64,000 bases of DNA from positions 19,158,001 through 19,222,000 of the forward strand of contig NC_043006.1 of NCBI RefSeq assembly GCF_006345805.1, given 5' to 3'. The position numbers and the translations under genes were made by a program. The notes below the pieces were generated by a model. That model was not told where the DNA came from. It saw only the letters and a list, made by a program, of their open reading frames with translations, and made no database searches. This document shows, one piece after another, positions 36,979-50,873 of this stretch (its first letter is position 1; each line of letters starts with the position of its first letter). Source of the DNA: Octopus sinensis (lineage: Eukaryota).

Positions 36979-38236
36979 ATGGGTTGGACAAAATAATGGA
37001 AACACCTAGCATCATAATTTTGAAATATCTATAAAACCGTCAAAAGCTTGTTTATCTTTGTTTTTTTATTTATTATTAGTGTTGCTTAATATGTTTTGCT
37101 AAAATTGCTGTTTCTTTGCAGATATCATCAGAAAAAGGTAATTAAAATGCATTAAAATGACAGATCTATCGAACCTTCAAAGAGGTCAAATTGTCGGTGC
37201 TCGTATGGCAGGCGCTAGCGTAACGAAAGCAGCGGAAATGTTTGGTGTATCAAGAAGTAATGTCTCGAAAGTAATGACAGCCTTTGAGAAAGAGGAACAA
37301 ACTTCCTCGTCAAACACAAATCTCCGGAAGTAAACAAAATCTGTCAGATAGGGACCGTTGGACTTTTACGCGGACTCTTGTTAGAAAGGATCATAAAAGA
37401 GCAACTCTCAAAATTACAGCAGAGCTTAATGACCACTTCAAGAACCCAGTTTCCACAAATACTGTTCGCCGAAAGCTGCACAAAGCCGGATTTCACGGGA
37501 GGGCTGCAATCAGAAAATCACTACTTTCAAAAACATACGTTGCAAAGCATTTAGAGTGGAGTAAAAACCTACAGAATTGGTCCCTAGAGCAGTGGAATAA
37601 TGTTAATTTCTCAGACGACCATCTTTTACCTTATTTCCCATCACCGGCCAAGTATACAGCCAAAAGAAGCATGTAATCCAGACTGCCTTCTTCCAGCTGT
37701 TAAACATGGAAGTGGTTCTGTAATGATCTGGGTGGCGGAGCTATATCTTGGAAATCCGCCGGCCCAATGGCTTCTCTGCGTGTCAGGATTAATTGTCAAG
37801 ACTATTTAAGCTTTTTATCTGATCAAATTCATCCTATGGTTGCGGGGCTGTTTCCAGGGGGAAACACAATCTTTCAGGATGATTTATGCACCAATTCACA
37901 CAGCTAAAATTGCTACTGAATGGCAGGAGGAACATTCTAGTGAAGCTGAACATCTTATCAGGCCACCACAGTCCCCAGATCTCAATATTATTGAACATTG
38001 ATGGTGCGTTTTAGAAAAACAAGTAAGGAGTTGATATCTTCTACTATCATCACTACAAGAACTAGAGACTGTTTTAGCTGAAAAATGGACAAAAATTCCT
38101 TTGGAAACAATTCAAACTTTGTACTAGTCCATACCTATAAAATTCAAGCTGTAATTACTGCCAAAGGTAGTCATACCCCATATTAAAATAAATTTGTTTG
38201 AAATTTTAAGGCGTTTGCATCATTTTGTCGAACCCC

Positions 38237-38238
<2 letters not shown>
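36979..38238 (+). mobile_element. Tc1-family transposon, full length, decayed; DD36E (Incomer-like)
   Basis: TIRs GGGTT(G/C)GACAAAAT(A/G)ATG(G/C)AAAC; transposase 37157-38186 with frameshifts, from MTDLSNLQRGQIVGARMAG through FQDD..SPDLNIIE. Confidence 0.9.
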
Positions 38239-38432
<194 letters not shown>

Positions 38433-38631
38433 AATGGTGCTTTTTTGTTTTTAGTGTTCAACTTAGATCCAAATGTTACTCATGTGATGAGTGCTGGTGA
38501 TTGTTACCCTACACGAAGCTCTCAGGGATGCCCATCATTTATTACTGTCTCTATATTATATACCGTTACTCTAATCATAGATGCAGGCTTTTAGCTTGAG
38601 TCTTAATATTATTTATATATATATATATATA

Positions 38632-38830
38632 AAGCGGCGAGGTAGAGAATCGTTAGCACGCGGGACAAAATGCTTAGCTTCATTTCGTCCGTCTTTACGT
38701 TCTGAGGTCGACTTTACCTTTCATCATTTCGGGGTCGATAAAATAAGTACCAGTTGAGCTGTAAGGTCAATGTAATCGATCGTCCCCATTACCCCCGAAA
38801 TTGCTGGCCTTGTGACAAAATTTGAAAAAT
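38632..38830 (+). mobile_element. SINE family C, degenerate
   Basis: GTCGACTTTACCTTTCATC..GGGGTCGATAAAATAAGTACCAGT. Confidence 0.8.
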
Positions 38831-38943
38831 ATATCATGGATAGGTGCATACATATATACACACAAAAACACGCATTTCTACATTGATATCTCTTGTACTC
38901 ATGAAGATTGTGCATTTGCACATACAATTCTGAAATATCAAAT

Positions 38944-39310
38944 CAGTGGTTAGGGCAGCGGACTCGCGGTCATAGGATCGCGGTTTCGATTCCCAGACCG
39001 GGCGTTGTGAGTATTTATTGAGCGAAAACACCTAAAGCTCCACGAGGCTCCGGCAGGGGATGGTGGTGATCCCTGCTGTGCTCTTTCACCACAACTTTCT
39101 CTCACTCTTACTTCCTGTTTCTGTTGAACCTGTATTTCAAAGGACCGGCCTTGTCACTCTCTGTGTCACGCTGAATATCCCCGAGATATTCACGTGTCTG
39201 TGGAGTGCTCAGCCACTTACACGTTAATTTCACGAGCAGGCTGTTCCGTTGATTCGGATCAACCGGAACCCTCGTCGTCGTAACCGACGGAGTGCTTCCA
39301 TTCCATTCCA
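38944..39310 (+). mobile_element. SINE family B
   Basis: Matches 10205-10560; (TTCCA)n tail. Confidence 0.9.
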
Positions 39311-39852
39311 TCTAAATCTGCAATCGCATATGGATATTTACTTTAATATCGATCATGTTTTTTTTTTTCCAATATATCTAACTGGTTATCTCCATAAATA
39401 TTTTTGTTACTTCCATTTCAAAATATCGATCTACTTTGCCATTAATGTAGCAATGTATGTATTGCCATACGTATTTCATTCAGCATTGCTAAATAGCGCA
39501 ATGCTAACCTTAATTCATTCACATTTATTTCGAGAGAGATGTTACGCGTATACATCCATTACACTTAATGCTGGTCCTTCTGTTTGTACTCTTCCGTTTC
39601 ACTTCTCTTAAACAAAATACAATATACCGTTCTATTATAACATATATATTATTATTATATCGTTTTTTCTTTATCTGATGGTATATAAAACAAAGTTTAG
39701 TGGTCACATAAACAGATGCAATCCCATTATCTGTATACGTTTTCGATGTATTAACATTTAACTATGCACATACATATCTAAAACAAACACCCGCATACAT
39801 ATATTCATATATACGTTTATAGCAGTCGGTATCGCGCGCGTGTATTTATATA

Positions 39853-40247
39853 TCTTTATATATAAAAGTGAAGTTGTGTGTCTGTCTCCTACGATTTAGA
39901 TTCCTAACTACTCCCACATTTTGCGGTGCAGTTTAACCAAAACCGGGTATCTTATAGTCGTGATTCATATCGAGCCCTTCTGAGTATTAGCGCGCGTCTA
40001 CGATGAGTCTACGATTTTAAAAATAATTTACCATCATTTTTCCCCATTTTAATGCATTTTTCGCTATTATATAAGGGAAGTAACTCTCTAAAAATGTCTA
40101 CGATGAGTCAACGATTTAAAAAAAAATTACCATCATTTTTTTTCCATTTTTAGTGCATTTTTTGCTATTTTTTGGCTATAACTCTCTAAAAATGCTTATA
40201 TAGTTATTTCCCTTACAAACCCGAGCAACGCCGGGCGATACTGCTTG
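39853..40247 (+). mobile_element. Non-autonomous Helitron with internal duplication
   Basis: A|TC start, CCCGAGCAACGCCGGG hairpin, CTTG|T end (CTAG variant). Confidence 0.82.
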
Positions 40248-41223
40248 TATAAAATAGACAGGTAACGCAAAATTAAGCACCGAGAGGAAAGTTAAACAAA
40301 GATGGCATGGAGAATGACTAATACGTAAAAAATAATCAGTTCTTTGCTGTCTAAACATGGAACTAAGTAATAACCGATATTACACACATAGACACACAGA
40401 GCCTCTGACTGAACTATCGATTCAAATAAATAACTAGCGCCCGTGTTATTTATTTCGATTCCACGATTCATCTCTTTACTTCTACTCAGAATTTCTTATG
40501 ATACTTTAAATCTCGTTATAAGTTGAATTTGCGCTAATCTCTAAATAGAAACACACTTTTTCTTTCATTTCATTTAATGTTTAATACCCATGGGTTATAC
40601 AACTATTCTTCTCTAACAATTTAAGTTTCTTGTAACGTTTAATTAAAATCGTTTGCTCAGCCCATTTGGCGCTATAAACTTTCATCACCTTTTCATGTAG
40701 ACTAATAGAAAAACACTAATGGCTGACCGAGTTTATATTTTGTATTTAATTTATATTTTTCTTTACTGTGGTTCCAATGTGAGCTCGCAGTCAAGTTTGA
40801 AGATCTCTTTCATTTTAATTTCTATATCTTCTGTTTCATAATTGCGTGTGAATATTGATCTTTTGCGTTGAGAAAAACATACCTGCGAAGTCTTAGTGAG
40901 TGTATATAACTCCACATTCGTGTATGAGTGTATACATAAATTTTTGTGTGTGTCTGTTAGAATGTAAGCATTTACAGATAGTTATGTATGGATAGATAAA
41001 TATGCATGCGCGTGGGCGTCGTTTTGGTTAATTCGTCTGTGAGTGTAATTCTGATGTAAGATAACACGTTTACTGTTAGTTCTACAGTAAATCAGATTTT
41101 CTGAAGTATCTCCTCCCTTCATCAATGTTTATACTGTTGTAAGAGGTCTTCAGCTATGACTGCGTAATAACTGGTAAATGTATGCAATGTGCATATATAT
41201 ATATATTTATATATATATATATA

Positions 41224-41667
41224 CAGTTGCGGCCAAAAGGTTCAGAACGGCATTGATTTCGTCAGAAAAGTAGGTATAAGTTTTTAGCAAAGTTGTTTTA
41301 TATTCTATAATTTTAACAAACAATAAATACGATATTAATTATTATTGTCTGAGATTTTGGTGTAATTTGAGAGGATGATACAAAAGTTATGGATGATTTA
41401 GTGATTTACTGCAAAACCCATGGCGGCCAAAATGATCAGAACGTTTGCTTTTACTCCATGTTTTAGTATAATTAACCGGTGAACTCTAATGTTTTGAATT
41501 TGTTTACCTGACGATTCATTAACTAAACATTAGTAAGAGTATCTGCAGTGTACTGTGTTAATATAATGCCACTTACTCCGTTACCAATTCGTCAGCAGAT
41601 TATTAAGCTTCGAAAGAAGGATAATTTAAGTATTGGGTTTATTGCAAAGATTGTTAACAAGTGAAAA
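41224..41667 (+). mobile_element. Tc1-family 5' fragment
   Basis: TA|CAGTTGCGGCCAAAAG TIR; MPLTPLPIRQQIIKLRKK from 41566. Confidence 0.6.
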
Positions 41668-41897
41668 AGACCGGGCGTTGTGAGTCTTTATTGAGCGAAT
41701 ACACCTAAAGTTCCACGAGGCTCCGGCAGGGGCTGGTGGCGTACCCTGCTGTACTCTTTCGTCACAACTTTATCTCACTCTTTCTTCTGTTGGCCTGCTC
41801 GCTTAGCCAGCGTGGTGGCGTCATTTGAAGGCTAAAACAATGCGAAGTGCATTGTGACCAGCGATGTGTAGCAACATCTGATAACCTGGTCAGTCAC
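41668..41897 (+). mobile_element. SINE family B body with an alternative 3' module
   Basis: Matches family B to about 41790, then diverges. Confidence 0.7.
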
Positions 41898-41904
41898 AAG
41901 GAAG

Positions 41905-41935
<31 letters not shown>

Positions 41936-42741
41936 TATATATTAATGTTCGCGAGTATGCGTATGATCTTAATGTAGTTTGTGTATTAAATTGCTGTATA
42001 ATACATAATCGGTGTCAGCTGTGGTTGAAGCTTGTGGCCTTTAGTTTATATATTTGTTCTACATGTTTTTGTTATAATCTGATCGATATCGATTGATGGT
42101 GAATGTGGAAGAGTTAGTAGTATTCAAGTTTATCGATTTCATCTGTACTAACGATTATCATCAGTTTATCTTGTTCGGACATGCAGAGTGCGTTATAGCA
42201 GTGTTACGTTTAAATTGAGGCAAATTCATCTTGATCTTTGTGTCCTGGGCGCGTTAGTGCTATAACATTGCATGTATAGACAATACTGCTCTTAAGGGAC
42301 CGTGAGTTGAGGTCCCAGATCTCGCTGCCGAACAATTTCGGCATTTATTAGTGTGGTATTTAGAACTATTCAGAAGCGTCCTTTGGTTATTGAATATTAC
42401 CATATTACCATATTAGATTAGGTTATGATCTACGCTAAGTTGGGTGTACATGTATGCGATAGCTAATGTGAAAAGGGAAGTGCTATACTAGTAAAGAGAA
42501 AAAGGCCTGACTGCAGGATTCGTAACAGCGACGTTGTAGGATTTAAGCCAATTTGCCTTATGTAGGTTCTTTTGTCCATGCTTTCATCGTTTGAGTCGTG
42601 TATCAGAAAGAGGGAAGAATTATATCACTTTATTGAAGCTACTTTCTGCATTCCTCGAAAATTCTTTCGTTGGCAGGCAGTTGCAACATTAATTACGATA
42701 GTGTGTGTACTTGCATGTATGTGTATATATGTATGGATGTT

Positions 42742-42776
<35 letters not shown>

Positions 42777-43854
42777 ATCGGTGTGTATGAATTTGTAGTT
42801 TAACTGAGTAGGCGGTTATTAAAGTACTGCGGCCTCGACTTTGTCAAAGAACGCTAAACTTTTGAAGTTGATAATTTGTTAGTCTGTTGGAAGATTTGCA
42901 ACTCTACTTATGCTAAGAAAACTGGACAACGAAGTAATTAGGAAAGAGCTGCTCACATAGGTAATTGGAAAATGCTTTAGTAGATTAGTCTAAATGAGCT
43001 AAGAATGACTGCGGTTTAAATGTGTAAAAGCCATTTCAGTATAAGCCAGTGTGTTGGAAAGATACTGAGATTTTGTTGGAAATTGTATTACGTTGAACTG
43101 TCAATGGCTACACCTATTTTGGTTGATATTCATCTTAGATTCATTCTATTACGTTTAGGTTAATAACACACACCACTATCTTGTAGAATCATAGCAATTA
43201 TTGGTTATATTCATACAAAGCATTGGAAATGGCAAACCTAAATAGATTTCATATGCACATGGTCGCCTATTTCAAATGGAGTATACACTGATATCTTATC
43301 TTATCAACAGAAAATTGATCAACAAATGGAGATTTGAAATTGCAACTTAAATACTTTAGGTATTTTGATTCACGTACTTCTACGTTTGTCATCTACAAAC
43401 GACAGGTCGATGGTAATTAAAAAATCCTGTGAAGTAAGGGTCTCCTAAGCCAAGGAAAATATTGAAATTCTTTGCATCAAAAGAAAATTGATCTGGGTAT
43501 ATAACATAGAGTATTTAATTAAAATTTTGAAATATTTGCAAGTGTATTATTTCACTGTGTGATTAATAATTTTATCTCGTGTATGAAAATGAAATAATAT
43601 AAAAACATAAGGCTTGGACACTGGACACTTCATTACCTTAGAATTTCCAGCTGCTTCTTATGTTATAATTTTAGTGCAATAAAGGGAGTTTTATTATTTG
43701 TTTAAGAGATGATATTGAAGTATTGCAGGGAGACAATTTTCGTTGTAAAACTTTTAGAATACATTTTTACTATGCATCTAGGTACATAAATTGAAAGAAT
43801 TGTCCGGTGAGAAATATACACTGTGTGAATGTTGTACACGTACGTATATATACT

Positions 43855-43920
43855 GGATGGATGGATGGATGGATGGATGGACGGACGGACGGACGGACGG
43901 ACGGACGGACGGACGGACGG
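43855..43920. repeat. (GGAT)n(GGAC)n microsatellite
   Basis: Read directly. Confidence 0.95.
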
Positions 43921-44004
43921 AGCAGCCAAACCTAATGTGATACATTTGGAATATTAGCTGCCAGTGGCTTGAAGTTCATTAACAATGCGTGTCTCTGGGG
44001 ATAC

Positions 44005-44395
44005 TCTTCTTCTCTTAGCACTCCGTCGGTTACGACGACTAGGGTTCCGGTTGATCCGAATCAACGGAACAGCCTGCTCGTGAAATTAACGTGTAAGTGG
44101 CTGAGCACTCCACAGTCACGTGTACCCATAACGTAGTTCTCGGGGAGATTCAGCGTGACACAGAGAGTGACAAGGCCGGCCCTTTGAAATACAGGTACAA
44201 CAGAAACAGGAAGTAAGAGTGAGAGAAAGTTATGGTGAAAGAGTACAGCAGGGATCACCACCATCCCCTGCCGGAGCCTTGTGGAGCTTTAGGTGTATTC
44301 ACTCAATAAACACTCACAACGCCCGGTCTGGGAATCGAAACCGCGATCCTATGACCGCGAGTCCGCTGCCCTAACCACTGGGCCATTGCGCCTCC
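44005..44395 (-). mobile_element. SINE family B with 12-bp TSD
   Basis: CTCTGGGGATAC at 43993-44004 and 44396-44407. Confidence 0.92.
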
Positions 44396-44799
44396 CTCTG
44401 GGGATACACGTAAGATAGTTCATTGTTACTATTGACAGATATGTTGGCGGAGTATGTATAATCTTTCCTTGAGGCACCGTTGCCAGTTGCAAGAGTTGAA
44501 AATTGCAAATTAAAGGTGACAAAGGTGGGGAGGGGAAACTGTCAGTGATGTTGGGGAAGACGTTACGATCGTCGACAGGTCTCGAGATCAAACGGGAAGC
44601 TATGAACAAAGAAAGGAACTGATGTCGCTTTTAGACTAATAGCACAGCGTTAACTGAGCTGACAAATACGAGAGGCCGATAATCTAGAAGTCATTGTGAA
44701 TTTGTCCAGAATCCATTACTCTTCTGTAAATACCTGGCGTTTGACGAACCTATGAAACTTTCAGTCGTATAGAACCGAGTCCTATATCATAACCAGCCT

Positions 44800-45142
44800 C
44801 ATGGTTCCGGGTTCAGTCCCACTGCGTGGCACCTTGGGCAAGTGTCTTCTGCTATAGCCCCGGGCCGACCAAAGCCTAGTGAGTGGATTTGGTAGATGGA
44901 AACTGAAAGAAGCCCGTCGTATATATGTATATATATATATATGTTTGTGTGTCTGTGTTTGTTCCTAGCATTGCTTGACAACCGATGCTGGTGTATTTAT
45001 GTCCCCGTTACTTAGCGGTTCGGCAAAGGAGACCGATAGAATAAGTACTGGGCTTACAAAAGAATAAGTCCCGGGGTCGAGTTGCTCGATTAAAGGCGGT
45101 GCTCCAGCATGGCCGCAGTCAAATGACTGACACAAGTAAAAG
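44800..45142 (+). mobile_element. SINE family A, 5'-truncated
   Basis: Matches 2074-2440. Confidence 0.9.
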
Positions 45143-46324
45143 ATATACCTGATTCAGATTCAGTTCAGACAGTTATGTGGAACTACTGAAGACTAGTCAA
45201 AATCCAGCTGGATAAAATTATTGCAGGACTCGGCTCCTTGTTATACCTCCAAAAAGAGTTAGAAGTGTTCGTTGGAGTATCTCATCAGCAACATTCGTAT
45301 TCTGCCTTCTGACCTCAGAACTTCTCCTGTATTTCCTAAGACGCAACCCACACAATCAGGCATTTTTAAGTGCTCTTACTGATGATACAACGCCTTCGAC
45401 TATATTAACACCGGTACAACCATAATTGAGCCAAAGACGCAATATCGTATTACACCTGTGGCTGCTCCCCCATGCTGGAGAACCTTTCTATCTACTTGCT
45501 TTGTTGTGTGCTATTAGTTTTGTTACTTGTTACCTATTTATTGCTGACCTTGCCCTCTTAGTTGATATCTTATTTTTAGCATTAAGTTCAGTATTTAATA
45601 TTAGTCTAACTCTTCTGTAATACACTCTTCTAATTTTTCCTTTCATTTCTGTGTGTTGTAGTATAGCTGCTTCCTCTGTTGCTAGGTATGAGCGGTTGTG
45701 GTCTAATTCTATAATGTTTGTGTCTATGCTGAGTGCAGTGTTTTCAGTGCTGATTAATTTCGTATCCGGAAAGTTTACCGCAAACATATTTGGCCGTAGG
45801 AAAGCTCACCGCATAGGAAAATTTGCCGGAAGACAATTTCACCAAGAAAAAGATGAATTGCTCTCTTGGTATATAATTGTTTCGACCAACCTATCTATTA
45901 TAATGGTTGATTTCGAGAAAGCAATTATCAATGCTTTCTGAGATATATTTACAACAACACACATATGGCTAAGAATATCTATCGCCACATTGTGGATATA
46001 GGTTTAAATACTCGCTATCAAACCGATGGGTAATTTAGCAAAATCAAATGCTTCACTGCATTAGCATTTCTTCCAGTCAGTGATGCTATTGATGGTTTTC
46101 TTGGACTAACTGACGATGATGATTTGCCCCAAGAATTTGTATCATATTTTGAAACTCACCATAGAGAAGGAGGTCGAAGAATGCAGCCAACTTTTCCTAA
46201 TAAATGTGTTCGAAAAAACCCAGAGTAATATGATGAGAACAAACAGCAGCGTAGAAGGCTTCCACAATGCAACGCAAAGCTCCATTACTAACATGCACCC
46301 AAATTTGTGGAAACTTATTACGTA

Positions 46325-46834
46325 CTAGCAGTATCGCCCGGCGTTGCTCGGGTTTGTAAGGGAAATAACTATATAAGCATTTTTAGAGAGTTACTTCCCT
46401 TATAGATGCCAATTCGGGCTTTCTTAGCCATTTCTGTTTTGGTGTCTTCAAGCCATGAAGTCGTTGTTCTAAAAGAACGCTGGTCTCCTTGACAACGCTT
46501 TACGACGTTGATTTCCTTACACTCCCTTCCCCACAGCTTCACGAGGGAGGGAAGAAGGGGGAGAAGCAAACAGGTGCAGCTGTGAGCGTGGACGCCAACT
46601 CTGCCGCCATCGACACACGAAAAATTATGCATTAAAATGGAATAAAAAATGTCAAATTATTTTAAAAATCGTAGACTCATCGTAGACGTGCGCTAATAGC
46701 CAGACGGGCTCGATATGAATCACGACTATAAGATACCCGAATTTGGTTAAACTGCACCGCAAAATGTGGGAGTAGTTAGGAATCTAAATCGAAGGGGACA
46801 GACACTCACACAACTACAGTTTTATATATATAGA
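46325..46834 (-). mobile_element. Non-autonomous Helitron inserted in the MULE transposase
   Basis: A|TC..CCCGAGCAACGCCGGG..CTAG|T on the minus strand; no TSD. Confidence 0.9.
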
Positions 46835-47008
46835 TTTGAAAAAGGAAGATACATTAGCGAAAAAGAAAGTGTGATTTAGATCGAGGATATGCAGTCCTAA
46901 TGAAGAAAATATATAGGGATATCAAAGAAAGACTTAAGCCGAAAATGCTTAATTATAGTCCGACGCAGAAAGCACTTATTTACCGAGCATTGCTTGGAAT
47001 TTGTACAC

Positions 47009-47444
47009 AGGCTCAGGAGTGGCTGTGTGGTAAGTAGATTGTTTATCAACCACATGGTTCCGGGTTCAGTCCCACTGCGTGGCATCTTGGGCAAGTGTCT
47101 TCTACTATAGCCTCGGGCCGACAAAAGCCTTGTGAGTGGATTTGGTAGACGGAAACTGAAAGAAGCCCGTCGTATATATGTATATATATATGCGTGTGTG
47201 TGTTTGTCCCCCTAGCATTGCTTGACAACCGATGCTGGTGTGTTTATGTCCCCGTTACTTAGCGGTTCGGCAAAAGAGACCAATAAAATAAGTACTGGGC
47301 TTACAAAAGAATAAGTCCCGGGATCGAGTTGCTCGATTACAAAAGAATAAGTCCCGGTGTCGAGTTGCTCGATTAAAGGCGGTGTTCCAGCATGGCCGCA
47401 GTCAAATGACTGAAACAAGTAAAAGAGTAAAGAGTAAAAGAGTA
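47009..47444 (+). mobile_element. SINE family A inside the MULE
   Basis: Full head to (GTAAAAGA)n tail, with an internal ~35-bp tandem duplication. Confidence 0.9.
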
Positions 47445-48337
47445 TTTTAAATTACTTTTTGTCAATGTTTAGAGTTTCATGTTTTTAAATAAATTCATAC
47501 TTTTTAATTTATGTTCTAATGTTTGACCCTGAAACAAGGTATGTTAAATAATGCTTTTAATAATAAAGTCTTATCTACACAAGGCTTTTTTTTCCTTACC
47601 AAAATAGATCAATGTTTGAAACAGAATCAAATGACTCAGAATAGTCACAAACCTATACTGTTTCTCTTTCTGTGACACTTTTGGGTAATGGTGAAGCGTG
47701 CGTGGAAGAGCCTAGCAAAGCTATATGGCTAGGTGCAAAATAAAGCAATCTAAAAGTTGAACATGTTTTTTAAAAAAATTCTACTTAAACAAAAGGTAAT
47801 ACAATATAAATATAATATTTACAAAGAGCAAAAAGAAAACCAAAAAAACAGTTAAATCTAAAACAGAATTATAAAAAAAAACATATATACATAAAAAGCT
47901 ATTTTTTTCAGAGATGCAATTCTCTGTAAATCAGGTTGCCTGACATATCTTCGAAATTATCTATATGATGAAGTTATCTTACGGCAAAATTTTCTATATA
48001 GTAAATTTTCCTACGGTGATAACTCTTGGGGCGAGTTTTCCTGCAGCAAAAATGTTTACAGCAAATGTTCCGAGAACCGATTAATTTGCCTCTTCTCAGT
48101 GTGAATTCCGGCATAAATGTACAGCCCATGCTCATTCCGATGGCCTTGTTGAACTTATGGACAACTTTGATAAGGTTTTTCTGTTCAATGGTCAAAGGCA
48201 GAAAAGCAGCGATGACAGTGAGTCTCCAGGGAAAATTTCCCTTCTTATGGGTATAGGTTAGGTTTTAATTACTTGTGTGTCATCTTTTAATGCCATACTG
48301 GTTTTCCAGTTTGCCATTACAATTTTTAAATATATTT

Positions 48338-48357
48338 ATTATTATTATTATTATTAT

Positions 48358-48415
<58 letters not shown>
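48338..48415. repeat. (ATT)n(AGT)n microsatellite
   Basis: Read directly. Confidence 0.95.
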
Positions 48416-48416
<1 letters not shown>

Positions 48417-48419
48417 AAA

Positions 48420-49010
48420 ACACGGTGAGCTGGCAGAATCGTTACCACGCCGGGCGAAATGTTTAGCTGTATTTCATCCTTCTTTACGTTCTGAGTACAA
48501 ATTCCGCCGTGGTCGATTAAATAAGTACCTGTTATGCACTGGGGTCGATGTAATCGAATTAATCCCATCCTCGAAGCTGTCCTTGTGGCAAAAAATTTGA
48601 AATCGTTATTATTTTCATTATTATTATGAAGGAGGCGAGCGGCCAGATTAGTTAACATGTTCAGTGGCTTTTCTTCCTGATTTACCTTCTGAGTTCAAAT
48701 GCTACTGAAGTTTCCTTTGCCTTTCATTGCTTCGGAGTCGATAGGATAAATACTAGTTGACTATTTGGATCGGGGTAATTGACATACCGTCGAAATTGCT
48801 GGTTTTGTGCAAAATTATTAGAAATCATTGTTGTTAGTAAGGCGGTGAACTGGCAAAAAAGTTAACGACTATGAAAAATTACTTTGTCTTATTTGTTCCG
48901 GCTCTTTATATTCTGAGTTCAAATCCTTCAGTGGTGTATTACTTTTCAACCATTCAATCATTAGGGGTCGTTGATAGAGATTAACTACTCCCATCAAAAA
49001 TGATAGCCTT
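48420..49010 (+). mobile_element. Three tandem, increasingly decayed family C SINEs
   Basis: Three GAGCTGGCAG-like heads each followed by TTCTGAGT(T/A)CAAAT. Confidence 0.65.
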
Positions 49011-50476
49011 GTGCTTAATAAGATGCAGCAACGGATATCAATAGAATTATGAAGCTTAATGAAAGATTCATTAAACCTGAGATTTTCAATTGGCAATTTA
49101 TTAAAGATTATAGTAAATAATCCAGTGCAAAAGTCATAATTTATCATTGAATTATTACCTTTTCCTGATTAATTCCAACACATTATTCTGGGTACACCAT
49201 AGAGACAATATTCTTCCCTACACTTGGAATTAATGCAGCGTTATGCAACTTAAAACCATATATGTGATGACAGAATGAAAAAGTTGTATATTTTATAGTG
49301 CCAATTTAATATTGCTATATCTATTTTTGCATCTGCATTCATAGAAAATTAATCCACTGTAATATATAAGTGACTGGGTAAAATTATGAACTTTCAGTTA
49401 ATAACTTTTTCTTCGAAATTAGCATTGCTACCACAACACAAAAACAAAAACGTAAAAAAGTATCAAAAGGACAGTCTTTTCTTTTAACTTGAAGACTTAA
49501 ACACACATACGATCTGAGCTTATTGCATGGGTTTTGTCGAGACCAATTTGTTACAGGCATTTGCTCCCGGTCACCAGTATGAGGTTAACTAGATACACTG
49601 ATTTGCTGATTTTTATCATAGCATGACATATTTTTCCTATCCCATTCTCAGATACACTGCTTAAGATCATAGAAGTTCCCTTTATTCTCTAAGTCACAAT
49701 TAAATACATTTCTTGATTCCTGGTTAGAGACGAATTCAAATGGCTGCAGTTCTGAAAGGGAAGGTGATAGAACAAGTCATGAACATTACTATGCTACACG
49801 GATGAGTTCAACTCCTGACTTTGAAGAATTTCACGAAATTAAGAGATAAATATTTTTCGCAGCTCTAAAGACAAGCTACTCTTAAGGTGATAAGTTTTAA
49901 AAAAGCCATACCTGTGAGGTACTATAAGTAATTAAGGCTTCATAATCTAAGCACCGCAGACATTTTAGACATATATTGTTTCAAGTTGTTTCTATTTGTC
50001 GATTGGAAAGACTAGAGTATTAGATAGTTAATCGCCGAGCTTTGTACTGTTTCCCTTAATACAAGCAATGCAAATAAGATGAAAGTGTTTCTAGTGTACG
50101 TGTTATGGTTTGACCTTTTGTTTTGTTAGGACCATCAGCGTGACTGACTCTACACGGTAGTCCAGTTGCTTTATCTCAAATATCCTTAAAATTTATAATT
50201 ATAGGGTTTGATGTGGAAGTGAAGTGGCTGCTATTTCTAACTAACTGAGCGAACTTCTAAGTGTGCATGTGATATCAACCGAAGAAACAGTATTGTATCT
50301 GGCTTCAAAAGACAGCGCAGGAAAAAGAAAAAGAGCTAGGGACAAAATCGAGCCTTCATACACATCATAATTGATAAAAAGCGGTCAGGTAATTTGGTGT
50401 AGAGATCTGATAGGCTACTTTCTCATCAAAGGTGAAGGTAGGAACCCAAATGAAGAGAAATATAGATATATAATAA

Positions 50477-50840
50477 TTTTACTTCTTTTCAGATTGTGGC
50501 CATGTAGGCGCACCGCCTTGAGGTTTAGTACTTTTTTTCGTAAGTGTAATGTATATTCTATCGGTCTATTTTGCCGAACCGCTAATTTACTGAAACATGT
50601 ACACACCGATTGTCAAGCGATGGTGGTGGGCCAAACACATATACAGACATACACACAGTTGTGTGTATGTAAGTGTAGGTGTGTATCTTCTTTCAGCTTC
50701 CATCAACCAAATTCAGTCACATGCTAATAGTCGACCCGATGCTATGGTAGAAGACGCTTTTCCAAGGGCAACTCAGACTGAACCCGGAACCATATAGTTG
50801 GGTAGCAAACCTCTTACCACACAGCCACAACTGCGCCTAT
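50477..50840 (-). mobile_element. SINE family A, degenerate
   Basis: ACTGAACCCGGAACC..TTACCACACAGCCAC head; tail motifs present. Confidence 0.75.
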
Positions 50841-50873
50841 ATATATATATATAATCTCTTTTATCTTTTATGG

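Larger units (their letters stand above)
45761..48078 (+). mobile_element. Mutator-like element (MULE) with TIRs, 9-bp TSD and decayed transposase
   Basis: TSD GATTAATTT at 45752-45760 and 48079-48087; imperfect TIRs; VDFEKAIINAF, MRTNSSVEGFHN, HPNLWKLI. Confidence 0.88.
45200..48255 (-). mobile_element. R4/Dong-type non-LTR RT relic split by a MULE (pieces 48079-48255 and ~45200-45760)
   Basis: IRREIFPGDSLSSLLFCL, VHKFNKAIGMSMG..RGKLI | KLISTEN..HTEMKGKIRRVYYRRVRLILNTELNAKNK. Confidence 0.75.

Noticed and set aside
49673-49849. ~58-codon open frame (KFPLFSKSQL..FHEIKR*)
   Set aside because: No start, weak splice context, no recognisable motif; compatible with chance.
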